Part shown: one piece after another, positions 1-8,937 of the stretch | Layout of the letters: each line of letters starts with the position of its first letter | Numbering within the stretch: the first letter of the stretch is position 1 | Assembly: GCA_041736375.1 (NCBI GenBank) | Contig: JBGSTQ010000423.1 | Coordinates: 1-52,579 of the forward strand | Direction: 5' to 3' | Length of the DNA stretch: 52,579 nucleotides | Origin: Thiobacillaceae bacterium | GTDB taxonomy: Bacteria > Pseudomonadota > Gammaproteobacteria > Burkholderiales > Thiobacillaceae | Notes under the pieces: generated by a model | Seen by the model: only the letters and a program-made list of their open reading frames with translations | The model's database searches: none | What the model was told of the DNA's origin: nothing | Made by a program: the position numbers and the translations under genes

Positions 1-140
1 GCAATATTTGAAGCTCTACAACCACCACATCCCTCAACGCGCTTTGAACCACCAGGCACCCATCCAGGCACTGAAGAAATGGCAATCGGAAAAACCCGAG
101 TTATTCGTTAAGCGCGTTTATAAACAGGCGGGACTGGACA
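1..140 (+). mobile_element. Right end of an IS481-family insertion sequence
   Basis: The sequence ...GGACTGGACA ends at 140 (IS481 elements end 5'-TGT...ACA-3'). The transposase stop (143-145) falls just beyond it. Confidence 0.65.
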
Positions 141-145
141 GGTAG
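1..145 (+). CDS. IS481-family transposase, C-terminal end (partial)
   Basis: Frame 2 reads QYLKLYNHHIPQRALNHQAPIQALKKWQSEKPELFVKRVYKQAGLDR*. YN..P...L...P is the typical end of an IS481/rve integrase core. Confidence 0.75.
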   Translation, partial: QYLKLYNHHIPQRALNHQAPIQALKKWQSEKPELFVKRVYKQAGLDR

Positions 146-278
146 GGTTCACTGCTCAGCCACTTGCAAAGGCCCTCGAAATGGAAAACCGGTTTCGGAA
201 GTAGAAAACAGATTCCAGAACATTGATTCGGACTGGCTCGCTCCACTGCTTGCCTCGCATAAAAATCACATAGCCGTT

Positions 279-860
279 TGATTTAATTAAATTAAATTCC
301 CCGTAAACGGGGGCATTTGAGGGGTCTGACGTCCGCCTGTAAACGGGGACATTTCACAGGGCTTCAGATATTTGGAGCCATCATGCGAATCATCTGGGTG
401 TCACCGCCAAAATGCCCGGTCATGCCAGTACCCATGCGGGATTACGCCGGTATCTCCTGCCAGCATTCACTCCTCGCCTCGGATGCGCGATCAACAGCTT
501 TCCGCGACGGAATGAGGGCGGCCGCCGGGACCAGTCCGGCGCGCTCCCGTAAACAGGGACATCTCGACTTGCGCGCCCCTGTAAACAGGGACAACTCATC
601 CCGTGACCGGGGACATCTCATCCTGTAGATCGGGGCAAGTCGTCCTGTAGACAGGGGCATTTCAGGAAATTACCCACAAGCATAGCCACCGGGCGAATCG
701 ACCTTGTGAAGTTGTTCCTTTTGCAGTCGGTTACGCGCATTTACGCGGGTTGATGGCGATTCGAGAGGTGGCTTTGTAGCTGGGCTTGCCTGGCTCGAAT
801 CGACCTGGAGATTTCGTCCTAAACCTATTAAACCTATTAAACCTTTTAAACAACAACACG
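279..860. other. Putative plasmid-type replication origin (oriV)
   Basis: Iterons, a DnaA-box-like TTACCCACA (670-678), AT-rich 9-mers TAAACCTAT/TAAACCTAT/TAAACCTTT/TAAACAACA (820-855) and an AT palindrome ATTTAATTAAAT (281-292). Confidence 0.75.
300..663 (+). repeat. Iteron array: seven ~20-bp repeats, consensus CCYGTAAACRGGGRCAWYTC
   Basis: Copies at 300, 336, 546, 578, 600, 622 and 644; the last four have an exact 22-bp period. Confidence 0.85.
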
Positions 861-1240
861 CGCGAGCGAGCGCCAGGGACAGGAGGAAGCACAGGGTTGT
901 TGTCTTCAGAAATCCGAAATCGAACACCGAAGGACTCCATGACGCATGGCTGGGCGATCGTGAATCTTGTCGCCACGGAGATTATTGGTTGCTTATCGCT
1001 GGAGGTGTTACCGGCGGTGTAAATCCGTAGAAATTTGGCGGCAGATATTGGCGGCGTGGCCTGCCTGCCTGCCAGGCTTTCAAGGGCTACGGCGGCTATT
1101 TGCCGAAAGCACTCATCCTGGTCGATGTTCCCAAAGCTGTCCAAGGACTGTGTGGCTATTCCACGCAATTCGGCCGCATGTGACTGCCGTTCCGGCAATT
1201 GGGGACAGTAGTCGCATCAATCGATGCAGAATAGGTAGCT

Positions 1241-2014
1241 TCAACCCGCCCGGCGTTTCTGAATCAGGTCATAGGCGAGCTGAATTTCCTTGGTCTTCTC
1301 GGTGGCCATGGCGATCATGTCGTCAGGCAGGCCTTGCCCGGTCAACTTGTCAGGGTGGTACTGGCTCATTAGCTTGCGGTAGGCGCGCTTGATTTCGTTG
1401 TCGGTGTTTTCAGGGGTGACACCCAGGGCTTTATAGGCATCTTCGAGCGCGTTTTCGCTGTTGGGCGTCCCTGCTGCAAAGTGGCCCTGGTTGAGCACCA
1501 TGTCCATGAGGTGGCGGTAAGAGGCGGAGTCGTAGCCAAGACGGGCGGCAACGTCAGCGAGCAGAGCATCCTCGGTGGGGTGGAGATGGCTGTCGGCCAG
1601 AGCCAGCGTGATCAGGAATGAGACCAGCACTTCGCGCAGGCTACGTGTGTGTCCACAGACGGACATGAAGCGATCGCAAATGGCGGCCAGATCGGTGTCC
1701 AGGTCAACGCCACGCTTGAACAGGGCTATAGCCTGGGTGCGGTGTTCCTGGCTCATGCCGAGTTGCCTGATCAGTTCCTCGGTGTGTGCGATCTCAGCCT
1801 TGGATACCCGGCCATCGGCCTTGGCCAGGCGCCCGGCTGCAATAAACAGCGTTTCCAGAAAAACCGTCTGGCGCAGGGCGTTTTGCAGGGGGTTGACGCC
1901 GCCAGTGCCGTATTTGCGGACACGGTCGACGAACCAGCCTGCAACGAATCCGAGGAGGGCGCCGGTAACACCAGCGAAGTAGTAGCCCGCAATCAGGCCG
2001 ATGATCTTAAACAC
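1241..2014 (-). CDS. djlA: DjlA-like co-chaperone (N-terminal TM, TerB-like domain, C-terminal J domain)
   Basis: Hydrophobic Gly-rich N terminus; AKADGRVS..EI TerB-like motif; AYKALGV...IKRAYRKLMSQYHPDKL J-domain with HPD. Confidence 0.9.
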   Translation of the reverse strand: MFKIIGLIAGYYFAGVTGALLGFVAGWFVDRVRKYGTGGVNPLQNALRQTVFLETLFIAAGRLAKADGRVSKAEIAHTEELIRQLGMSQEHRTQAIALFKRGVDLDTDLAAICDRFMSVCGHTRSLREVLVSFLITLALADSHLHPTEDALLADVAARLGYDSASYRHLMDMVLNQGHFAAGTPNSENALEDAYKALGVTPENTDNEIKRAYRKLMSQYHPDKLTGQGLPDDMIAMATEKTKEIQLAYDLIQKRRAG

Positions 2015-2235
2015 ACATGCTCCTGTTTCGATGGCGTCCAGGTTGGGGCTGGACAGGAAGTTCTGATGCTAGCTTGGAACCTAGCTGATAAGGGTTTGCC
2101 AATCACCTGCTGCTTTGGGAGCGCACGCTGGCCGCGTTCTATCGACCACAGCTGCCGCACACCGTTTCCACAAAGCCGCCATCTGAGCGACCGCTGTACT
2201 TCGAGACCTGCCGTAGAGCCAATTCACACTGCTCG

Positions 2236-4222
2236 GTAGAGTCGAGATGTGGCGCGGTAGCGGTAGGTTTGGTTTGTCTGTTGCCGCCCCTTTCGTCTGG
2301 CGGTGCCCAAGTAACCTTGCCATGACCCCGTTTCCACACCCCGCTCATCGAACCGGACATGCAGATTTCCCGCATCCGGCTCTCGGACAAGACATCACAC
2401 CTTCGCACACGCCCGGCTGTGTTTGTACTTAGCTAAACAGATGAGCCCGAAGTACCCATAAAGGTGCGGGAAGGGAAAGACCCCGCCCTTGCGCCGTCGA
2501 ACTTTGTACTTGTTACGCAGCCACCGACGCAACCGCGTCGCCGTGTAGCGGTCGAGCGTTTCATATGCACGGCTGACGCTCCCTACACTGAAGTAGTTTG
2601 CCCAGCCGCGCAGCATCCGGTTCAACCGCTCCACCAGCTCCGTGGTTTCTTGCCACGCCGTTTTCAGTTCGGTCAGCGCATGGACCTTTTCGACCATGCG
2701 CCGGATACTTTTCTTCGACGGCCACAGGGCGGTACGTGCTTTCCCTGTGACTGGCGAATACCGCCTGCCAAACGTGTATCCCAGAAAGTCGAACGTGCCT
2801 TCCGGTACCTTGCAGATGCGTGTTTTCTCCTCGTTCACCGTCAGCTTCAGCTTGCCCATGATCTCGCGCATTCGCTGCAGGGCTTCTTCCGCCTTGCCGT
2901 GCTTGCACAGGATCACGAGGTCGTCGGCATAGGTGACGATGCGACTGCCAAGGCTTCGCTCCAGGCCGAGTTTCTTCCACGCCAGCACAAACCGCCGCAT
3001 ATACAGATTCGATAGCAGCGGTGAGATCGGCGAGCCTTGCGGGATGCCGCGTCCGCTGTCCTTGGCCTCGGTCGTGCGTGTCTTGCGGCCTTGCTGATCA
3101 GTTTCTTCGACTGCGCATTCCAACCACATCTTGATCAGATGCAGCACACGCCGGTCCACGATGCGCCGCGCGAGCGACAGCATCAGTTCGGTGTGTGGAA
3201 TGCTGCCGAAGTAATCGGCAAGGTCGGCGTCTACGACGTCCGTTTGGCCTCGGTGCAGACGTTCTTCCACCTCCACGGCCGCCTGCTGGGCATTGCGGCC
3301 CGGCCGGTAGGCGTACTGTTCAGGGGGAAGGTCGGCTTCGAAGATCGGTTCGAGCACGAGCATCGCTGCTGTCATACACACCCGATCCCGCAGGGTTGAG
3401 ATTCCCAGTGGCCGTAGCTTGCCATTGGCTTTCGGGATGAACACTCTCCGGATCGGGTCCGGTCGGTAGCTCTCCTCTTTGAGGGCTTGCGCCAGTTCGC
3501 CCAACCATCGCTGCACCCCATACGCTTCAACCTCGGCAAAGTCCTGGCCATCCACGCCCGGTGCGCCCTTGTTGGAGCGGCACTGGGCATAGGCATGGGC
3601 CAGGATGTCTTCCCGGTAGATCTTGTCGTACAGGGCGTAGAAGCGATAGCCGGCTTCGGACTTCGCTTTCGTGTGTAACGCCATCTGTAGTTTCTGAACA
3701 CTGAACGGAGTTGATAGGTTGCCCAATCTCCACGTCCCTCTCTACGTCTTGCGCTGGTCTTGAACTGAGGCCCCTTCCCTCCACCGGCATTACCCGGCTT
3801 CCCAGGTACTACGGGCCTCTCCGCCACCCCAAAGGCGTCCAGCCTGTCCGTCACCGGCGTCTGGTTGGTCTTCCCGGACCACGCCAAGGGGCTTCCCGTG
3901 TTGCGCGCGCTTCCCTTGTGTACATGCTGTCGCCACTACCCCGGTGCAGCGTCTGCGGTTCCTACTTTGCTCATTTCCGCAGCCGTATCAGCCTTCCCCA
4001 GTAAGGCTGCTGGGTCGGCCTGCACGATGGCATTTCGAGGTTTGCTCAGCGTTCACTCGCGTTACGGCCTGCACACTCGCGCTGTCACCACATTTTGTGA
4101 CTCGCTAGCCGAAGGCTTCAGCCACTTCGTTACCTCCATGACTGCTCCGGTTACTTCCGGCTGGAGCATTTCGCCGGGTGGGGCTTGCACCCACTGGGAA
4201 GCGCCGCCTTTGCACGGCGCAC
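2236..4222 (-). mobile_element. Group II intron (~1.99 kb), full length
   Basis: 5' end GTGCGCCGTGC at 4222 (minus); domain V GAGCCGGATGCGGGAAATCTGCATGTCCGGTTC at 2350-2382; domain VI ending ...CTCGACTCTAC at 2236; internal RT ORF. Confidence 0.9.
2395..3726 (-). CDS. ltrA: Group II intron reverse transcriptase/maturase (no HNH endonuclease domain)
   Basis: [46 protein letters not shown] and RGWANYF motifs. Confidence 0.95.
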   Translation of the reverse strand: MGNLSTPFSVQKLQMALHTKAKSEAGYRFYALYDKIYREDILAHAYAQCRSNKGAPGVDGQDFAEVEAYGVQRWLGELAQALKEESYRPDPIRRVFIPKANGKLRPLGISTLRDRVCMTAAMLVLEPIFEADLPPEQYAYRPGRNAQQAAVEVEERLHRGQTDVVDADLADYFGSIPHTELMLSLARRIVDRRVLHLIKMWLECAVEETDQQGRKTRTTEAKDSGRGIPQGSPISPLLSNLYMRRFVLAWKKLGLERSLGSRIVTYADDLVILCKHGKAEEALQRMREIMGKLKLTVNEEKTRICKVPEGTFDFLGYTFGRRYSPVTGKARTALWPSKKSIRRMVEKVHALTELKTAWQETTELVERLNRMLRGWANYFSVGSVSRAYETLDRYTATRLRRWLRNKYKVRRRKGGVFPFPHLYGYFGLICLAKYKHSRACAKV

Positions 4223-4457
4223 GCCAATCCTGCCGTCGGAGCTGACTGGGCGTATGACTGGTGTTATGCGGGTTGCTGTCGTTGATGCCCAGGGAGCGGT
4301 GAACGTCAGCTTCCTCATACGGCGAACTCGCCCTTCCGCTTGATGCTGCCGGTTGGATCCGTGGAAGCACCAGTAGCGGAGGGCACCCTTTGGCGGGCAG
4401 TCCTTTGCTCGCCTCTGGGGGGCTGCGCTCTTCAGGCGAGCGGTAAGGCTGATTACA

Positions 4458-5732
4458 ATGGAAATAAACAACTACAAGGGTAGGCACATGTTTGGCAGCA
4501 TCGATAAGAGCAAGGGTTTGCTGTTCGTCACTTACGATCTCGATCACTCTATACGTCTAACGATGGAGAAGATGCGGCAGGAGGTCGAAGGACTCGATGA
4601 AAACCGGCTGCTCAATACGCCGCCGGAAGACTTGAAGTTCTATCTGGTCGAGAAGTTCGGCATTACGCCAATCACCCTTCTGCTCGATCAGTGGTATGCC
4701 GATCATCAGGACGCTCAGGTTGATGTCAGGCACGATCGCATGCGCTGGATCGAGGACCGCAGCCGCCCGGCCATAGTGGCGGGCGAACGCGTTGAAGTGC
4801 GTATCCCCTTCGAGGGCGAGTCGGAGCTGTTCTATACGAAGGCCAACACCTTCAACATGAACCCGCCTCGCGCTGTCATAGAGAAGAACGAGATCGTCCT
4901 GCGCTACGACACGCCCGCAGACCAGCCCCGCGATATCCGGCCCTTGGTCGATCAGACTCTGCGGGACATTGAGGAGCATCTGGGGTGGCAGCGCGACATG
5001 ATCGACACGCACAACCGGAACCTTCCGGGCGCAGCGGAACAGGCGATCCGCCAGCGGCGCGAATGCCTGCTGGCGCAGTCGCAACGTGCGGAATCACTCG
5101 GCATCCCAATCCGGCGGCGCACCGATGCGCCCAAGACCTACGCGCTTCCCACTGTGAAGCGAAAGATCGTCCCGACCTTGCCGCCTGCGTCAACGGCGCA
5201 GTTCAAGCCGGAACCGGTACTCACCATGGATCTGTACGAGCACATCCTCAAGGTCGTACAGGACATGGCGCTCGTGATGGAGCGCAGCCCTGACGCTTTC
5301 AAGGCCATGAACGAGGAAGCCCTGCGGCAGCACTTCCTCGTGCAGCTCAACGGACAGTTCGAGGGCAAGGCGACGGGCGAGACGTTCAACATGGCAGGCA
5401 AGACCGACATCCTGCTACGCGAAGGCGACCGCAATGTCTTCATCGCCGAGTGCAAGTTCTGGAAGGGGCCGAAGGCGTTCGGCGAAGCCATCGACCAGCT
5501 CCTCGGCTACGCGACCTGGCGAGATAGCAAGACCGCGATCATCGTCTTCAACCGGAACACCGAGACCTCAACGGTCTTGAGCGGCATCGCTAACGTTGCC
5601 AAGGTACATGCGAACTTCAAACGCGCCATTGACTGGCCGCATGAAAGCGGCCTCAGGTATGTCATGCACAGCAACGGGGACAAGTACCGCGAACTGATCC
5701 TGACCGTCCTCGTGTTCCACGTGCCGCAGTGA
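4458..5732 (+). CDS. Hypothetical protein with C-terminal PD-(D/E)XK-like nuclease motif; candidate defence gene
   Basis: 424-aa ORF; GKTDILL...VFIAECKFW...QLLGY resembles a restriction-endonuclease-fold active site. The start could be 4488. Confidence 0.6.
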   Translation: MEINNYKGRHMFGSIDKSKGLLFVTYDLDHSIRLTMEKMRQEVEGLDENRLLNTPPEDLKFYLVEKFGITPITLLLDQWYADHQDAQVDVRHDRMRWIEDRSRPAIVAGERVEVRIPFEGESELFYTKANTFNMNPPRAVIEKNEIVLRYDTPADQPRDIRPLVDQTLRDIEEHLGWQRDMIDTHNRNLPGAAEQAIRQRRECLLAQSQRAESLGIPIRRRTDAPKTYALPTVKRKIVPTLPPASTAQFKPEPVLTMDLYEHILKVVQDMALVMERSPDAFKAMNEEALRQHFLVQLNGQFEGKATGETFNMAGKTDILLREGDRNVFIAECKFWKGPKAFGEAIDQLLGYATWRDSKTAIIVFNRNTETSTVLSGIANVAKVHANFKRAIDWPHESGLRYVMHSNGDKYRELILTVLVFHVPQ

Positions 5733-5915
5733 TGCAAATCCAGACTTCAAAGATTGTTCAAAAAGCGGCCTTTGGCTGATCGGTCCAGACCGTATGACCG
5801 CTTACGGCGGCGTGTGACCAACCGCCGCTAGGAACCAAAGGCGGTCGGCAGCGAAAGACAACAACCCCGCAACGGCCGTGGGAAAATCTGCGCACCAAGT
5901 GAGCCAGGTGAGCGA

Positions 5916-8360
5916 ATGACCGATCAGCAGACCCGGAACAACCACTACGTCCCGCAATGGTATCAGCGCGGCTTCCTCGCGCCCGGTCAGTCTCGCCTCT
6001 TCCATCTCAACCTGAACCCGGATCGCGCGACGCTGCCTGACGGCCGGCAAGTGACGCATCGTGCGCTTCAAGAGAAGGCTACGAAACAGTGCTTCGTCGA
6101 GTACGACCTATACACCACACATTTCGGTCAGATCATCAACGACGACGTGGAGAAATACTTGTTTGGTGCCATCGACGACCAGGGGGCGAGAGCAGTCCGC
6201 GCCTTTGCACTCGGGAACCACGCCGACGTACACGCGGCGTTCCAGGACTTCTTCGAGCACATGGCAGCGCAAAAGCTGCGCACGCCCAAGGGCCTGGATT
6301 GGATCCGCTCGTGTTACGGCTCGCTGAGCCAAGTCGACCTGATGGTCGAGATGCAGGCTCTACGCCTAATGCATTGCACCATGTGGGTTGAGGGCGTGCG
6401 GGAGATCGTTTCGGCGCAGGACTCGGACGTGAAGTTCATCCTGACGGACCACCCGGTGACGGTCTACAACGCGGCGGTGGATCCCATGTCCGAGCAGTGC
6501 GCCTACCCGCAGGATCCACTTGTAGCGGCCCTGGGCTCTCAGACTGTGTTCGCGCTGGATGCCAACACCTGCCTGATCCTCACTCACCTGGAATATACCA
6601 AGGAGCCGGATCAACTAGACCTGACGCGGCTGCGCACGAACGCCCGGCACCTGGGCGTGGGCATGACGCGCACCGACAACTTCATCCGAGACCGGATACT
6701 GAGCCGGGACGAGGTGGTCGCGATCAACCACCTGCTCAAGTCGCGGGCGAAGCGCTACATCGCAGCCGCCGACAAGGCCTGGCTCTACCCGGAGCGGGAG
6801 TTCAACGGGTCATGGGCGCAGATAGCCAAGGTGCTGCGGCCTAGGGACGATTTGTGGCGCTTCGGCGGGGAGATCTACGTCGGCTACAAGGATGGAACCT
6901 CTGGCTATTGGGACGAGCATGGCCGCACGTCCAAGGCCCACGAGTTCCTGACCCGCAAGTCCCCCCGCAAAAACATCGGGGCCAACGACTTCTGCGGCTG
7001 CGGCAGTGCCTACACGTTCAAGGACTGCTGCCAGCGGCTGCCCACCGCAGAGCGTCCGTCGTGGGAGGTCTACGGCCTGCGCGAGCGCAACCTGATGTTC
7101 TGCAACGCCGTTCAAGGCATCTTGGGCCTGTCTGACGGAGCGTCCTGGGAGGACGTGCGCCGCAACCTTAGCGACGAGCACGTCAAGCGGATCCATCGCG
7201 CATTTGCGAGCTTGTGGCCCGATGACACCGATCTGGCCTCCCTGCTACCGCGGCCCAACCCGAAAGTCCTGCGCTCGGTCTACATGGGCTTCAGCGATCC
7301 TCGCACCGTCGAGGCGACGGTGCTGGGCTGGCTGCCGTTTGTCGATGAGATCGTGCTCGTGAACCCATTCTTCCTGGGCACGCGCATGAAGCCCGAGTTC
7401 AGCCCCATCGAGTCGCCCACCGGCCACAAGATGCAGACGCTCAAGAACGTCATGCTGCTCCTGGTGCTGGAGCCGTTTATCCGCGCCGGCCTCGTGCATC
7501 TGGTGCCCGATCCCGGTGAGGTCAGTGCCCCGCTCGGCCATCATGTCCGGGAAGTGCTCACGCGGCGCACCGACGGATGGAAGCCCCCTAAGGGCGGCGG
7601 CCTGCACCGCTTCCTGAAACTCGCGGAAGAGGAAACACAGCGCGTCGTCTGGATGCTGCCAGAGGCCTCCCAGCGGCGCATCATCGCCGAGCACATGCCA
7701 GACGCCGACGCCGTGATGACGGATCGCCTCATCGCGTATTTCAAGCGCCAGGCTGAGGCCGATCCCTACACGCTGCTGCAGCCGCTTCCTGTGGGCAAGG
7801 ACGGTGCGCAGAACCAGATCTTCAAGGGGCTGAGCTTGGAAGCGGCGCTGTATCTGGCATCGCTGACTGGCTCGATCATCCACGTCGACACGGAGGCGCA
7901 CTGGGCGCAGCTCCTGAAGGACGCTCAGCCTGCTGGCGCGCCGTCGCAGCGCACGTGGGCGCCCGTGCGACAAGCCTTGAGCGAGATATCGTTCCCGGTG
8001 GAACTCAACTCGCAGCGAGTGGCGGAACGCATCGCTAGCGGCGACCGTCTGCCGATCCGGTCGTTACTGCGGCGGCTGGCGCAATCGGTCTCGGCCCCGG
8101 ACGACGGGGCCGCTCCCACCGAGCTGGCCAAGCATGTGCGCCAAGCGCGCGGCAGGGTCGAGCGTGCATGGAAACGCGCAGACAACAGCACCCTGCTCCC
8201 CACAAGCCTCGAGCTGCACGTGCCGCCGACGGGGTTTGCCCGTCATGAGGTACAGCGGCTGCTTGTGATGTTTGCCGGCGTTACCAGGCCTCAGCCCATT
8301 CCGTACGCGCTGCGCTTGGTGTTCGACGAACCGGAGGATGACAGCGGAAATACTTCCTAA
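5916..8360 (+). CDS. DUF4238-like protein with internal SEC-C-type Cys motif; candidate defence gene
   Basis: N-terminal NHYVPQWYQRGF and FILTDHPV are typical of DUF4238; NDFCGCGSAYTFKDCC matches the SEC-C pattern. Confidence 0.7.
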   Translation: MTDQQTRNNHYVPQWYQRGFLAPGQSRLFHLNLNPDRATLPDGRQVTHRALQEKATKQCFVEYDLYTTHFGQIINDDVEKYLFGAIDDQGARAVRAFALGNHADVHAAFQDFFEHMAAQKLRTPKGLDWIRSCYGSLSQVDLMVEMQALRLMHCTMWVEGVREIVSAQDSDVKFILTDHPVTVYNAAVDPMSEQCAYPQDPLVAALGSQTVFALDANTCLILTHLEYTKEPDQLDLTRLRTNARHLGVGMTRTDNFIRDRILSRDEVVAINHLLKSRAKRYIAAADKAWLYPEREFNGSWAQIAKVLRPRDDLWRFGGEIYVGYKDGTSGYWDEHGRTSKAHEFLTRKSPRKNIGANDFCGCGSAYTFKDCCQRLPTAERPSWEVYGLRERNLMFCNAVQGILGLSDGASWEDVRRNLSDEHVKRIHRAFASLWPDDTDLASLLPRPNPKVLRSVYMGFSDPRTVEATVLGWLPFVDEIVLVNPFFLGTRMKPEFSPIESPTGHKMQTLKNVMLLLVLEPFIRAGLVHLVPDPGEVSAPLGHHVREVLTRRTDGWKPPKGGGLHRFLKLAEEETQRVVWMLPEASQRRIIAEHMPDADAVMTDRLIAYFKRQAEADPYTLLQPLPVGKDGAQNQIFKGLSLEAALYLASLTGSIIHVDTEAHWAQLLKDAQPAGAPSQRTWAPVRQALSEISFPVELNSQRVAERIASGDRLPIRSLLRRLAQSVSAPDDGAAPTELAKHVRQARGRVERAWKRADNSTLLPTSLELHVPPTGFARHEVQRLLVMFAGVTRPQPIPYALRLVFDEPEDDSGNTS

Positions 8361-8476
8361 CAGAACGATGCAGCTGGAGGAATCATCTGTTCACACGCCG
8401 TGTCGCGTCGCTAAAGTCTGCAACCTGTTCAACACCGGCCACTCAGCCGAACTATCCCCACTGGCAGCAAAGGCCG

Positions 8477-8634
8477 GATTGTGTTGAAAAAGTCCCGACA
8501 AACGATTTTGAGCGTTTTACAGGGGTCATCTACCCCTTGCCCGGCCAGGGATCGTCGATTGTGGGGCATTCTGAGAGGTCAACTTTCCACGATTGCAGCC
8601 ACCTGCGCTGGAAGTCGACTTTTTCAACACAATC
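8477..8634. mobile_element. 158-bp MITE with perfect 18-bp terminal inverted repeats and 4-bp target duplication
   Basis: GATTGTGTTGAAAAAGTC (8477-8494) and GACTTTTTCAACACAATC (8617-8634), flanked by GCCG on both sides (8473-8476, 8635-8638). The ends resemble IS1182/IS5-type termini. Confidence 0.85.
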
Positions 8635-8937
8635 GCCGAGGATCCGGCATTGGGTAGTTGGTTCGTAAGGCTTCTCGACTCTGACAGCTGACGTTCAGAG
8701 CCGGGCCAATCCGTGCCAGCCCATGACAACTCCCGCTGCATAGTAAAAGTTCAAATCAACAAAATCAGTGGTGTCGATGCAATAGCCGCTATGGAGAAGC
8801 GGCACAAAGACAACTGTCGGCGCACTGCGCCTCCGTCAGGCGCTCAATGCCAGATTTCTGAAGAATATTATTGCCGTTAAAGGGAGGACATGAGCAGCCA
8901 GGACTTACCGTGCCTCGCGGCTGGCAGAAGAACTCGA

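Noticed and set aside
141-281. Open frame GRVHCSATCK...HIAV* after the IS481 end, possibly the tail of an interrupted gene
   Set aside because: Only ~46 codons and no recognisable motif.
300-663. CRISPR array
   Set aside because: Repeats are degenerate 20-mers mostly 2 bp apart, with no unique spacers and no cas genes; iterons fit better.
317-1392. Several 70-155-aa ORFs on both strands
   Set aside because: They overlap the origin repeats, have no motifs and show repeat-derived translation (LLNLLNLLN).
2395-3726. Retron, DGR or defence-associated RT
   Set aside because: Complete group II intron RNA boundaries and domain V are present, and there is a maturase X domain.
2090-8755. Classical integron attC sites
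   Set aside because: No RYYYAAC...GTTRRRY pairs bracket the repeats, and the integrase present is P4-type, not IntI.
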